The position numbers and the translations under genes were made by a program. A stretch of DNA of 64,000 nucleotides from an uncultured virus (IMG/VR IMGVR_UViG_3300021599_001487) (Duplodnaviria; Heunggongvirae; Uroviricota; Caudoviricetes), in IMG/VR virus record IMGVR_UViG_3300021599_001487. One strand, given 5' to 3'. How positions within the stretch are numbered: the stretch's first letter is position 1; every line of letters begins with the position of its first letter. Positions 19,621 to 30,130 of this stretch are shown in pieces. A model generated the notes under the pieces. That model saw only the letters and a program-made list of their open reading frames with translations, made no database searches and had not been told where the DNA came from.

Positions 19621-21813
19621 TGGCAATGAGCGGACTCTCGTACTTCGACAACGGCGGACAGACAGAAGAGCAAACACCTGTCACGGCACAGGTTAAACCA
19701 GTGCAGGGCAAGGGGCCTTACGCCGTTGGGTTGCCGACCGGTAACGTTCCGCTGAGCGAGGGCGTTCTGTCCTCCATGGAGCAGCTCTACGTAAACAAGA
19801 TGATCCAGCAACAGGGCTTTATGGAGGCCATGAAGGACGCCGCCGCCTGGTGGTCCGGTGGCATCGAGGGCCCGACCGCGGCACTATCGCGACGGGCAAA
19901 GGAGCGAGAGGAGCAGACCGCAAACTTGTTCCAGCTTCAGACACAGATCGCGCAAAGCAGAGCTGCGCAGGAGCAGGCAAAGAGACAAGCGGCGGAGCTT
20001 ACGTCGGCCGTTGGTGGGGCGGAGGGCCCCGGAGCCGCAGCTGCGTTTGGCGTTGAGCCAAGGGTTAGAAATGAGGTGCTTCGTTTAATTAAGTCTGGGG
20101 ATGTAGCTGGCGCTAAAGGCGTGTACGACAACTGGTTTAAAACTGACCTGAACGAAACTATTAAGTTCCTCAACAACGCCGCGTCTTACAAAGCAGACGT
20201 TGAAATAATTGATGAAAACGGAAAGTACAACATTGTAAGCGCAATCGACGCTAAAAGATTATTTAGCGAGGGCAAGGCCAGGCCGACAGGCAAGACACTG
20301 GGCGGCACGAACGCGCCGGCAGCAGCACCTCCGGCAGCAGCACCTCCGGCAGCAGCACCTCCGGCAGCAGCACCTCCGGCAGCAGCACCTCCGGCAGCAG
20401 CACCTCCGGCAGCAGCCGGCAGCAGCACCTCCGGCAGCGCCGCCGCCACCGCCACTACCACCGCCACTACCACCGCCGGAAGGCAGAATGCAGCCGGTCA
20501 GCGTGCGAAACAACAACCCCGGCAACTTGGTCGATCCAAGGACCGGACAGATACGCAAGTTTGATACGCCGGAGCAGGGACAGGCGGCGCTGGAGCAGGA
20601 CCTCGCGGGCAAGCTTAGTGGCACCAGCCCCGCGTACAAGTCTAAGTTTGGCGATGCCCCCGTGTCGCCGCTTACTTTGGCAGAGACCTGGGCCCCAGCA
20701 AACGCGCCCGGCAACTCGTTGGAGTCGACCACTAACTACGCCAAGCACATAGCAAACACGTTGGGCATCAGCGTCGGCGACACAATTCCAAACACGCCGG
20801 AGGCTTTGAATAAAGTCGCCAAAGCAATCACCGAGTTTGAGAGCGGACAGCGCGCACCCTCCGCGCCTGTTCAGTTAGCGGCCGCGCCCGGCGCCACCAT
20901 GACCGACGTGTCGGCGCCGACCACGGGACGAGTCCCTGCACCAGCCGCTCCAGCGCCAGTGCCTGCGCGGACGACACCCGTTACCAGGCCAACAATCCCC
21001 GAGGCTCGCGCTGCCGCGGAGATTGAAAAAACCACCGAAATAAAAAGAATAGAGGCCTTAAAAGAAGAGGATAGCAAGAGAATAATCAGCGCCGACACGG
21101 CGGCCAGAGATGCAGACGATCGTTTGGTTAAGATGAAACGCATGCAATCCCTTGTTGAGTCTGCTCCAAGCCTATACGGATTGTCCGATACTCCGGGTGC
21201 CGGTGGTGCCTTAATTGGCGCAGCCATGACTGGAATTAAAATTGGTGCCAACGGACAGCTTGCTATGCCCGGCGTTGAGGACATGGTCAGAAAAATGTCT
21301 CCACAGCTTCGACGTGAATTTCCGGACGAGAAACAATTTAAACAAAAACTTGCTGAGGTTAAAGAGGTTGCAAGTTACTTGCATGAGGTTGAACTGGCTG
21401 CGTCGCAAGCCTACAAGGGCCAGGGACAGGTGTCTGACTATGAGCGCAAGATCGTTGCCGCGATTGCCGGAAGCACGTCTGACCCCGCAAGCTTGATTGC
21501 GATGAAGTCAAAGTGGTACGCCATGAAGGCGCAGAACGACAAGGAACTTGGCGCGGTAATGGAGGCTATTAGAAATGAGAAGGGAGACTACGTTTCCTTT
21601 GCTGCAATAAGACGAGACCCCCGTTACCAAACCATGATTCAAAATCAGAAGCAGCGCGCTAACGACTTTTTTCCAAGTGACGTACTTAGACGCGCTGACA
21701 CAATCGACCTGAACAATTTGCCTGCAGGAGGTCCCGCTCCCGCTACGTCTGGTCGTCCTTCAACTCAAAGGTTTACCCCCAACACCAGCCTCAGAGACAA
21801 GTACACTAAATAG
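19620..21813 (+). CDS. Internal virion protein with RNNNPGN lysozyme-like domain, split by a frameshift in a tandem repeat
   Basis: ORFs 19611..20564 and 20488..21813 fuse if 5 nt are restored in the 15-mer repeat. RNNNPGNL...F.TPE.G..A and WAP...N....Y motifs. Confidence 0.65.
20316..20438 (+). repeat. 15-bp tandem repeat CCGGCAGCAGCACCT (PAAAP): 7 full units plus one 10-bp unit
   Basis: Units at 20316, 20331, 20346, 20361, 20376, 20391, truncated 20406, and 20416. Confidence 0.95.
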
Positions 21814-21821
21814 GGACCTAA

Positions 21822-23831
21822 ATGAATTCCGAACTTGAAAAATGGTACAAGGCCCTTGAGGAGGCAGACCGAAGGGCTCAGGGTGGCGATGAGCAGGCCA
21901 AAAAAGATGCCTTTGAGATTGCTGACACTATTAGACGTTTGGAGTCGCAGGGCCAAGGGGAAGAATATGAGGCAAGCCTAGCAACTCCGGCGTTGTTTGG
22001 TGCTGCTACGGCGGTGCCAGCAATTGGTGGCGCCGCGCTTCGTATGGCCAAGGCAGCTGTGACTCCCTTACCAGAGGCACCAAAGTCAAACCTGCCAGCT
22101 TCAGGGCTTGGTGGATTAACTGAAGCAGACATAGATCGACAAATGCAGGGTACCGGCGGCGTTGGTGGGTCTGGGTATGCAAGAGAGACAGTAAAAAATA
22201 TACGCACCGAGGAGAGGGCGGAACAAGAAAGAATTCAAAAGAACAAGCTTGAGGCATTACAACGTCGCGGAATAATTACGGATCCAAACATTCCAAACGT
22301 TGCTGGCTCAACTCCTGCGGGGGTAGTTGTCACAAACCGAGACGCTCTTATAGGATACGGTCAAACAACGCCACCTAAACTTACCGCAACACAGCGAGCG
22401 TCGGCCATGCTTAGCAGAACCCCAGCCGCAGCTGCACAGGGTCTTAAAAATCTACCTGGCGCTGCCGTTCGTGGCGCCGGAAACTTGCCCGGGGCAAGGA
22501 TTGCCAGCGGATATTCAGTTGGCGCGCTTGGGGCAGATACTTACAACTACAACGAGCTGGCCAAAGAAGCAGAGGCCAGGGGCGACACAGAAGCCGCAAA
22601 CTATTACAAATCCATGGCAATTGCCAGTGGAGTTGGCTCGGCTGGAGCTGGCGCAGCAACCGTATCTAAAACTCCTCGAGGAAGAGCCCTTGCCATTCCA
22701 GCGGCGGGTCTGACCCTCTACAACTACTTGCAATCTCAAAGGGGGTACCCCGCCCCCGGACAACCGAGCGGGGCCCCCGCCGTTCCTTCGGTGTCGGAGA
22801 CAATTGCCGGCCGAGCAGAGGGCGGTCTTGCGCATCTGTCAAAGGGCAAACAAGTAAAAGAAGCCTTTGAGTACGGAGGGAAACAGCTGGGAAAGTTATC
22901 TGACTGGGCTCAGGACTACATCAATAGTTACCTCGTCCCGACCCAGTCTGATCGCATGCGCTTTGTAGGCGGTCCAAGTTTTTCTGCAAATCAATTAGCG
23001 CGCCCTGAGTATAAAACAAATGTGTGGGGCTCTGGTAAATCTAATACAGCAACCGGGATTGCAAACCTTGCAAAAGATCCCAGGTTTGGCGGAGTAGAAA
23101 ATCAGATATTTGCACCGCTGCTAGGCGAGGCAAAGATGCACCAGTCAAATCAAATGATATTCGACCGCATGGTTGAAGACTTTTTTAAAAACCCACAAAA
23201 GCTTACGCCCGAATTACGACAAAAGATAAATGAATACATACAAGGCGGCGGGTTGACCGTAGGCGGCGCAAAGAAACAAAAAAGCTTTGACCCGATTGAA
23301 GGGTTTGACATTGCCGATCGTCAGATGGTTGAGTCACTTGGAAAAACATTTGACAACAGGAAGACCATAGCGCAACACGCATTTGGCGGACTTGGAATTG
23401 GCGGCCGTAAATCACAAATTATTCCATACGAGCAAATACTAAAAGAAACGACGGACCCTACCGTGTTAGGCGCGCCAACGTTTTCGGTGGGGCCGAGGGC
23501 TTTTAAATTATCTGGCGAAACGTTAGACGTGCCGCGGGCAGATTTAAATCCAGCGTTTCCATATATGTTAAAGGGTTCTGATTTAGGCGTGACCTATAAA
23601 CCAACGCCTAGCGAATTATCTTTGATGGACTTTCAACGCGAATGGCGCCAGAACACCGGCAAGACCATGCCACTAAAGTCTGGTGCGTTGCCGCAACCTG
23701 GCTACTACGAGCACACCGTGGGATACACACCGGCAGGAAGTTCTGAGCGTGTTTACCCACGCCAGAAAATTACAGAGGATTGGATTAAAGAGCTTCAACG
23801 AAGCGGGTACCGCGGTGGAGGGCTGGCATAG
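21822..23831 (+). CDS. Modular putative internal virion protein
   Basis: 669 aa; Ala/Gly-rich N-half, then a globular module bounded by RAEGG and YRGGG. Confidence 0.55.
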   Translation: MNSELEKWYKALEEADRRAQGGDEQAKKDAFEIADTIRRLESQGQGEEYEASLATPALFGAATAVPAIGGAALRMAKAAVTPLPEAPKSNLPASGLGGLTEADIDRQMQGTGGVGGSGYARETVKNIRTEERAEQERIQKNKLEALQRRGIITDPNIPNVAGSTPAGVVVTNRDALIGYGQTTPPKLTATQRASAMLSRTPAAAAQGLKNLPGAAVRGAGNLPGARIASGYSVGALGADTYNYNELAKEAEARGDTEAANYYKSMAIASGVGSAGAGAATVSKTPRGRALAIPAAGLTLYNYLQSQRGYPAPGQPSGAPAVPSVSETIAGRAEGGLAHLSKGKQVKEAFEYGGKQLGKLSDWAQDYINSYLVPTQSDRMRFVGGPSFSANQLARPEYKTNVWGSGKSNTATGIANLAKDPRFGGVENQIFAPLLGEAKMHQSNQMIFDRMVEDFFKNPQKLTPELRQKINEYIQGGGLTVGGAKKQKSFDPIEGFDIADRQMVESLGKTFDNRKTIAQHAFGGLGIGGRKSQIIPYEQILKETTDPTVLGAPTFSVGPRAFKLSGETLDVPRADLNPAFPYMLKGSDLGVTYKPTPSELSLMDFQREWRQNTGKTMPLKSGALPQPGYYEHTVGYTPAGSSERVYPRQKITEDWIKELQRSGYRGGGLA

Positions 23832-25762
23832 TGCCGGGTAAGATTCCGCCACACCTGCTAAAAAAGGCCCAGGAGGAGTTCCGGGCCAGGTTCACGCCTG
23901 GGTTCTACCATGGCACTGGTTCGCGCGACATAGAACAGTTTGCGCCAGGCCCAAGAGGTGCAACTTTTGTAACGAAAAAACCAAGGTTTGCAAATTCTTT
24001 TGCGCCTATTGATGAGGCGGCAATGGATTTACAAAAATCAAATGATATTTTATATCAACCCGGTGCTACTGTATATCCTCTTTCTGTAAACCTTGGCAAA
24101 CATTTTGATTACGAGACACCAGAAGGTCTTTCCTTAATTTCAGAATATGTAAAAACAAACAAAATACCGTCAAAGACGGAAGACGCGTTAAAAACCGGAG
24201 CTTGGGATGTTATTGAAGACCCTCGCTTTATGGATTTTTTAAAAAATCAAGGATTTGACACGTTTTCAGTTCGCGAAATGGGCACTAAAAACGTTGGAGT
24301 ATTCAACCCCAAAAACATACGCGGCAAGTTTGCCGAGTACAACCCCGAACACGCAGAGAGCGCAGACTTTATGAAGGCACGCGGCGGTTTAGTAAACATG
24401 TCTGACGGCGGAACGCCACCCAGAAACAAGGCCCAGGCCGCGATGGCCGTCGGCAAGGGAGCGCTTAATCTTTTGAGGCCACAAGTTAATCGAGTTGATA
24501 TGCACTATAAAGATGTAACAAAGCGCATACCTCAGCTTCAGGAAGCGGCAAAGAAATTACAATCCGGCGAGCCTATTACGCGGGAAGAGTATGAGATGCT
24601 GGTTAACGCATATAAACCAGTAAGGCCCTATGACTTTGTTCCTAAACCGGCAACAAGGGAAGAGGCTATAAGTGCATTGGAGGACAAGGAAATGTTTGGG
24701 CTGCCGTCCCAGATGCTGCAAAAGGGCCGCCCGGTCGGCTTAAGGCTTGATATTCCTGCGTACAGCCGGCACGGGGTGTGGGTCCCAACAATCCACGAAC
24801 AGGCTGCAGGATTTGGGGCAGGTAAAAAAATTGGACACGAAAGCTTTGCCGCCGTAACTGATCCAACGTTTGGTATGTCGGAGAAAGCCGCGCTAAGTAT
24901 TGCAGCCGGAAAGCCAAAGGGCACAATTGCAACCATCAAAGGCAATTGGAACCCGATGTCTGAAGAAGAAGCTCTTGATCGCGCACAAGATTATTTACGA
25001 AACCCAAACTGGCGGCAAGCCGGGATGGACCCCGAACGCCATTCTTACTTCTACGACAGAGCAAGCATGGAGCCCATTGTGGCCGGCGAAGAAGCTTTGC
25101 AAGTTGGTCCGCTGGTGCTGGTTAAAAAACCAAAGTACGCGTCAAAAGAAGGGTTTGCATACAGCCAAGGCGGGCTTGCGTACCTGGCATCGGGCGGCAA
25201 GACGCCGGCATGGCAGCGCGCAGAAGGTAAGAACCCCGAGGGCGGATTGAACGCCAAGGGCCGCGCATCCTACAAAGCTGAGACTGGCGGCACATTGAAA
25301 CGCCCGCAGCCAGAAGGTGGCGCCAGGCGCGACTCGTTCTGCGCCCGCATGAAAGGCATGAAGAAAAAGCTGACGTCTGCCGAGACCGCGAACGATCCCG
25401 ACAGCCGCATTAACAAATCACTTAGAGCTTGGAATTGTGCAGAAGGCGGCCTTATCGGATTGGCAGGGGGAGGAAAAACAACGCCTCTCCGCTACGCAGC
25501 ATCCTGGTTATTGAAGGAACGAGCTCCTGCAGATACGGGAAGTGTTTATCTGCGGAACCCATTGCATTTAGCCGATGAAGCTAGGCTTTCTGGATTTACA
25601 TCACCAGAGCAAAATGTGTTCTTCGGTCGTACAAAAACAGGACAGGAGTTTACTATCCCCAGGGAATACGTAGATCCAGAAACAATTCTGCGGTCCCGTG
25701 ATAAAAACAAGACCGCAGAATTTTTTAAAGATATGTTTAAGGAATACAAAAAGCCTGAGTAA
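23831..25762 (+). CDS. Polyvalent protein with N-terminal ADP-ribosyltransferase-like domain
   Basis: FYHGT...F....G.TFVT....A..FA, VYP..VN, GFD and VFNP.NIR pattern. Later PAWQR.EGKNP.GGLNAKGRASY...SFCARM domain (DUF6321-like). Confidence 0.6.
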   Translation: MPGKIPPHLLKKAQEEFRARFTPGFYHGTGSRDIEQFAPGPRGATFVTKKPRFANSFAPIDEAAMDLQKSNDILYQPGATVYPLSVNLGKHFDYETPEGLSLISEYVKTNKIPSKTEDALKTGAWDVIEDPRFMDFLKNQGFDTFSVREMGTKNVGVFNPKNIRGKFAEYNPEHAESADFMKARGGLVNMSDGGTPPRNKAQAAMAVGKGALNLLRPQVNRVDMHYKDVTKRIPQLQEAAKKLQSGEPITREEYEMLVNAYKPVRPYDFVPKPATREEAISALEDKEMFGLPSQMLQKGRPVGLRLDIPAYSRHGVWVPTIHEQAAGFGAGKKIGHESFAAVTDPTFGMSEKAALSIAAGKPKGTIATIKGNWNPMSEEEALDRAQDYLRNPNWRQAGMDPERHSYFYDRASMEPIVAGEEALQVGPLVLVKKPKYASKEGFAYSQGGLAYLASGGKTPAWQRAEGKNPEGGLNAKGRASYKAETGGTLKRPQPEGGARRDSFCARMKGMKKKLTSAETANDPDSRINKSLRAWNCAEGGLIGLAGGGKTTPLRYAASWLLKERAPADTGSVYLRNPLHLADEARLSGFTSPEQNVFFGRTKTGQEFTIPREYVDPETILRSRDKNKTAEFFKDMFKEYKKPE

Positions 25763-27546
25763 TCACTTCTGGTAGCGCCTCCCGAACCATCCCTCTGCGG
25801 CGAGAGGAAAATCCGGAGCCCAGTTAGGTGGTGTGGTCATGGCCGTGACCACACGATCTAACGAGGACTCACCCTGATCCTCGGGAACCAACAGGAGCAA
25901 CTCATCGTGAATGCTGTTGACCACTTCAAATCCGTCCTGATCAAGCCTAAGCATGGCCTCGGTAAGAAAATCACGCGCAGTACCCTGGACCACGCTCTGA
26001 AATATACTCGGACCAATAAGCTTGTTCCTGCCCCACTTCCGGGTGAAGGTGCTCTGGTTTCGGACGGTCAGGCCGTCCCTGATCTCTCCCCAGGGAGTCA
26101 GCTGCTCCTCCACTTTGGGGTCCTGCCAGCAGATGAACCTGCCGCTGGGGAGCTTGAGGAAGAGAGCGCCTTTAGAAAAATTAAACAGGACTTTGCCTGA
26201 CTTCACCGAGGTGCACGGTACCCTCACGGCCTCAATCGCGGCCTGCTCGTACTCGTACCAGCTCTCCTTAACGCGCAGGTACTCCTGTCGGTAGGCCCTG
26301 ACGGCGGCCTCTGCCTGTATCACGCTCAGTGTTACCCCCATCCCCTCGGCGTACTCCACCAGCCCCTTTGAGCCCTGGCCGAACATGGCGCCCAGGACGG
26401 CAGACTTTGCCACCTGCCGCATGTCCTTCGTGACCTCCTCGTACGGGACGTTGTAAAGGCTCTTTGAGGCGAATATCTTGTACTCGTCCAGCCCATCGCG
26501 GAACATCTCGACCTTGTCCTTTTGGCCCGANNNNNNNNNNNNNNNNNNNNNNNNNNNNNNNNNNNNNNNNNNNNNNNNNNNNNNNNNNNNNNNNNNNNNN
26601 NNNNNNNNNNNNNNNNNNNNNNNNNNNNNNNNNNNCGCCCGGTCGATGCGCCGTGGTAGACCAGCGTGTTGCGTATCCTGCCACCGACCTGGACCTCCAG
26701 CATCTTCTCGTACTTGGCGACGCTGGTCAGCGACCCCTGCCGGCGCAGCTCCAGCACGCGCCGTATCTTGTCCGGTATGTCCTTGCGCGCCAGTAGCTTG
26801 TTGACGGTCTCGGCCGTTAGGTCATCCACAACGATATTAGCGGAGCGCAGCCACTCCCCTATCTTGGCCGGCTGGTTGGCGGTTAACCCTCCCGTCAGTA
26901 GGGTTATTTCCGAGCGTATATTGGCCTTGTTGATCTCGACCGCGGCTATGGCATGGTTGAGCTCCGACGGGTCGACCGGCACCCCTCTGTCGTTGATCCT
27001 CTGCGTCAGCTCCCACACCCTCTGCTCCTGCGATGTCATGCGTCGCAGGTCCTTCACCACGGCCATCTCGGTCCGGACGTCCTGCTTGCAGTACTCGTAC
27101 ATCTGAGACAGCAGGTGCGGGTCCCGGTTGAAGGTCTTGCCGTCACGTCCTGGCTTGGACAGTCTCTGTATCAGCCGCTTGCCGGTGGCGTCTTTCTGCT
27201 GCGAGACGTCCAGGAATATCGCGGCGTCCTCCAGGCCCTGCGGTATGTTGGCCGCGGCGGCCATGGCCATGGAGTCGATAAACTGCTCCAAAAACACTGG
27301 CAGCTTGAGCACGTGCCGCATGATGTTGTACTCAAACGCGGCGTTCCAGGCCTGGAACTTGGTCGTCTCGTCCGACATAAAGTCCGGCATTGGCTGTTCT
27401 GCTGGCAGCCAAATAATGGGGTCAGACCCTCTGATTGAGTACGCCATGCAGATCACTTCCGTGCTTGGGTCCCGGGCGTAGCGGTCAAGGCCGTGGGTTG
27501 GGAGGTCTACAAGGCTGCGGGTCTCAAAGTCGATGCTTACGATCAT
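25763..27546 (-). CDS. polA: DNA polymerase family A (spans an N gap)
   Basis: DFETRS and WNAAFE exonuclease motifs, YHGASTG, motif B RQVAKSAVLGAMFG and motif C IHDE. Confidence 0.9.
26531..26635. other. Assembly gap (run of N)
   Basis: 105 N inside the polymerase gene. Confidence 1.
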
Positions 27547-27680
27547 GCGTGCTCCTGTGGCGGGCCGACGTATCGGCGGTTGAATTTGTAACAATTTTAA
27601 TGTTACATGACAAAAAACGTGTTAATAACGTAAACGTGTCCAAAAAACGTGTACACATTTCGGACATTTGTAAACATATC

Positions 27681-27782
27681 AAAAAAGCGGAGGGCCAGAT
27701 TTGGTGGCTACATCACGCGGTTATGAAGGCAGGAAAATACACCGCTTGCCACATCCTCTGGGGCCTGCCTGACGCCCTCCCC
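27681..27782 (-). ncRNA. Candidate pseudoknotted structured RNA between nrdJ and polA
   Basis: Nested stems GGAGGG/CCCUCC, CCAGA/UCUGG, GUGGC/GCCAC and GCGGU/ACCGC. The bulge AGGCAGG is complementary to the loop CCUGCCU. Followed by U6. Confidence 0.55.
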
Positions 27783-27812
27783 AAGCTACTTCACCATGCA
27801 ACAACCAACCAA

Positions 27813-29687
27813 CTATACCTCACACACCCCGGCGACGCAGGCGAGCATTTGAGCGCCCTCCACGTTGTCGGTCTGCTCCTTAAACAGACTCCAATCCAGC
27901 ACGGGCATCTTGGCCTTGAGCTCGTTGTACTGCTCCTCCGTGCACTCCTCGTAGGGCGCCTGTCGGTAGGTGCCGCCGTCGTACGGCAGAAACGAGACGC
28001 CCGAGATCTCATCGAAGTGCTCCCACACCCAGGCGCCGACCGATGGCCAATCCTTTTCCTCCACGGAGATGGTCACCGACGGCTTGTGCTCGCACCACTG
28101 GCGCTGGTACGCCAGCCACGTCTCGAGGTGGCTGACGGGCGTCACGTCCTCGCGCGTCAGGCCGTCGGGGGCTTTTTGCGGGAAGCTGAAGACAACGGTT
28201 TGAGATGGTTTGTAGACACAAGCCTCCGACGGAACTCCCTGGTTGATAAGGAAGGATGATAGTGGATCTTTAATATCCCCTCGGACTCGTCTGATGTAGA
28301 ACTTGGAGTGCCTGGGATGGATCCCTGAAGCGGAATCAACAAGCTGCGAGACCGTACCTGATGGTTTGACGCAAGTAATTGCAGCTGATTTCGCAATACC
28401 AAATTTTTCCGAATACTCATGATTTACCTTTCTGGCGTGCTCTCGCAGCTCGCCCAGTAAACGGTCAAGGTCCTGACCGAGTGTGACCATTCTCATGTTG
28501 TCGTAGATGCCTGTCAAGGACACTCCCAGCAGTCTCTCTTCCTCGGTGTTGCGCTGCCACACTTTTCGCAGATACGGAAACTTTGTAAAGGTGGACTGAA
28601 CTGTTCCCAGTATCGTCGCCACCTCAACCTTATCTTTAAGAGTCTCCAGCGTATCGTCATGTCTCACCACCACTTCAGTAAGGTTGCAAAACTGGTAGGG
28701 TCGCAGAATAATTTCGGAGCAAGGGTTTGTACCAAAATCAAAATTAGGATCGCGATGGCCATACTTGGCAACAGTTTTCTTAGCAGCTTCACGATTAAAT
28801 ATGCCACGCTCCCCAGAATGAGAGTTGTAAAGACTAAGCCATTCCTCCATAAACTTACCAACGGTTGGTGTCTCATTATAAACAGCGGAATTGTTAGCCA
28901 GCGCTCGATGCGGCGCGGTCTCCCACCAGGGTCCGGACTTGGCATGGCGAATCCTTTCATCGTCAAGGTCTGACAGCGAGATCATGGCAGAGCGGCGCAC
29001 GCCGCCCACTACCACTACCTCGCCTATTTTACACATCAGGTCGTGGCACTCCAGTGAGTTTAGTCTCCGACCTTTCGCATTCTTGAAAGTGTTGACGGTG
29101 AAGGAGAATAAATCGACGAGTGGCTCTGGTCCGCTGGCTCTTCCGCCAAAGGTCTTGAGTCTTGCCCCGGCGGGTCGAACTTTGCTGACGTCCCACTTTG
29201 GGATCTCGCCCGCGTAGAGGTGCGCAATGAGGAGGCGGAGGGCTTTGGCCCAGCCTTCTTTTGAGTCGTGGACTGCGATGACGTGGTCACTGTCAAATAG
29301 TTTTTCCGGCACTTCGGGCAGCTGTGATACGTACCGCCCCTCGACAGAAAACCCGACACCAGTGCCACAGAGCAGTATAAACATCGCCTCGTCGAACGAT
29401 TTGGGATCGTCAACCGGTAGGTAAGAACAGTTGTAAACACAGGTGTTGTCACGATCGGCGCTCTTTCCCGCGGTCATGACCGCGCGCATTGATGGCATAA
29501 CCTCCAGGTTGTAAATCGCCTTGTAGATACGGTCCTTCAGCTCCACGTTGTTGGTGATCTCCTGCGTGCGGCTGAAGATGTAGTCGACGTAGCGCCACAC
29601 CGTCTCGCTCCACTGCTCGCGCCTTCCCTTGTCGTCAAGGTAGCGTGCGTAGCGGCTGGCGGCGATGTATTCTTGGTATTGGTCCAT
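27813..29687 (-). CDS. nrdJ: Class II (adenosylcobalamin-dependent) ribonucleotide reductase
   Basis: PSMRA..TAG, YNCSY, GGVRRSA, TNPCSEI, CVKPSGT and C-terminal ACVAGVCEV; no small subunit gene seen. Confidence 0.92.
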   Translation of the reverse strand: MDQYQEYIAASRYARYLDDKGRREQWSETVWRYVDYIFSRTQEITNNVELKDRIYKAIYNLEVMPSMRAVMTAGKSADRDNTCVYNCSYLPVDDPKSFDEAMFILLCGTGVGFSVEGRYVSQLPEVPEKLFDSDHVIAVHDSKEGWAKALRLLIAHLYAGEIPKWDVSKVRPAGARLKTFGGRASGPEPLVDLFSFTVNTFKNAKGRRLNSLECHDLMCKIGEVVVVGGVRRSAMISLSDLDDERIRHAKSGPWWETAPHRALANNSAVYNETPTVGKFMEEWLSLYNSHSGERGIFNREAAKKTVAKYGHRDPNFDFGTNPCSEIILRPYQFCNLTEVVVRHDDTLETLKDKVEVATILGTVQSTFTKFPYLRKVWQRNTEEERLLGVSLTGIYDNMRMVTLGQDLDRLLGELREHARKVNHEYSEKFGIAKSAAITCVKPSGTVSQLVDSASGIHPRHSKFYIRRVRGDIKDPLSSFLINQGVPSEACVYKPSQTVVFSFPQKAPDGLTREDVTPVSHLETWLAYQRQWCEHKPSVTISVEEKDWPSVGAWVWEHFDEISGVSFLPYDGGTYRQAPYEECTEEQYNELKAKMPVLDWSLFKEQTDNVEGAQMLACVAGVCEV

Positions 29688-29775
29688 GGGTTGTTTTTAT
29701 CAGGTGAATGGTGAATGGGAGGCATAGCCCCCAGGCTTTCGCCCGGGGGTGCCCTAGTACACAACAGCAAGGAAA

Positions 29776-30117
29776 TTACTTCTTGGCGGCGGCCTTTTTC
29801 TTCTTGGGGGCTGCCTTCTTGGCCGGCTCGACGTTGAGGAATTTGTACTCCTTCAACATCTTTTCTGCCGGGGGTAGTGCGAACGCCTTCTCTAAAAATT
29901 CAGAGGTCTTGCCAAGCATGTCCATCATAAACTGTACCTGCTTGAGCGCCTCTCGGCTGTTGTACTCGTCGATGAAGTACGTGACCTTGTTATCCCCGTC
30001 GCCGAACGACATGTTGACGAAGAAGTCGTCACCGCTCGTTGCGCGTGCCTTGACGGCTACGAACGAGTGATCGACGGGGAAGAACTTTGAGAAGTCCAAC
30101 GTGATTGCTTTTGACAT
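29776..30117 (-). CDS. Hypothetical protein with Lys/Ala-rich tail
   Basis: MSKAITLDF start after an AGGAG RBS. Confidence 0.6.
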   Translation of the reverse strand: MSKAITLDFSKFFPVDHSFVAVKARATSGDDFFVNMSFGDGDNKVTYFIDEYNSREALKQVQFMMDMLGKTSEFLEKAFALPPAEKMLKEYKFLNVEPAKKAAPKKKKAAAKK

Positions 30118-30130
30118 ACATTTCTCCTGA

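Noticed and set aside
25763..27594. Split or intron-containing DNA polymerase
   Set aside because: The frame break coincides with the 105-N gap, whose true length is unknown.
29721..29753. Cobalamin riboswitch upstream of nrdJ
   Set aside because: Only a single GC hairpin with a GAAA loop; the gap is too short and has no B12-box.
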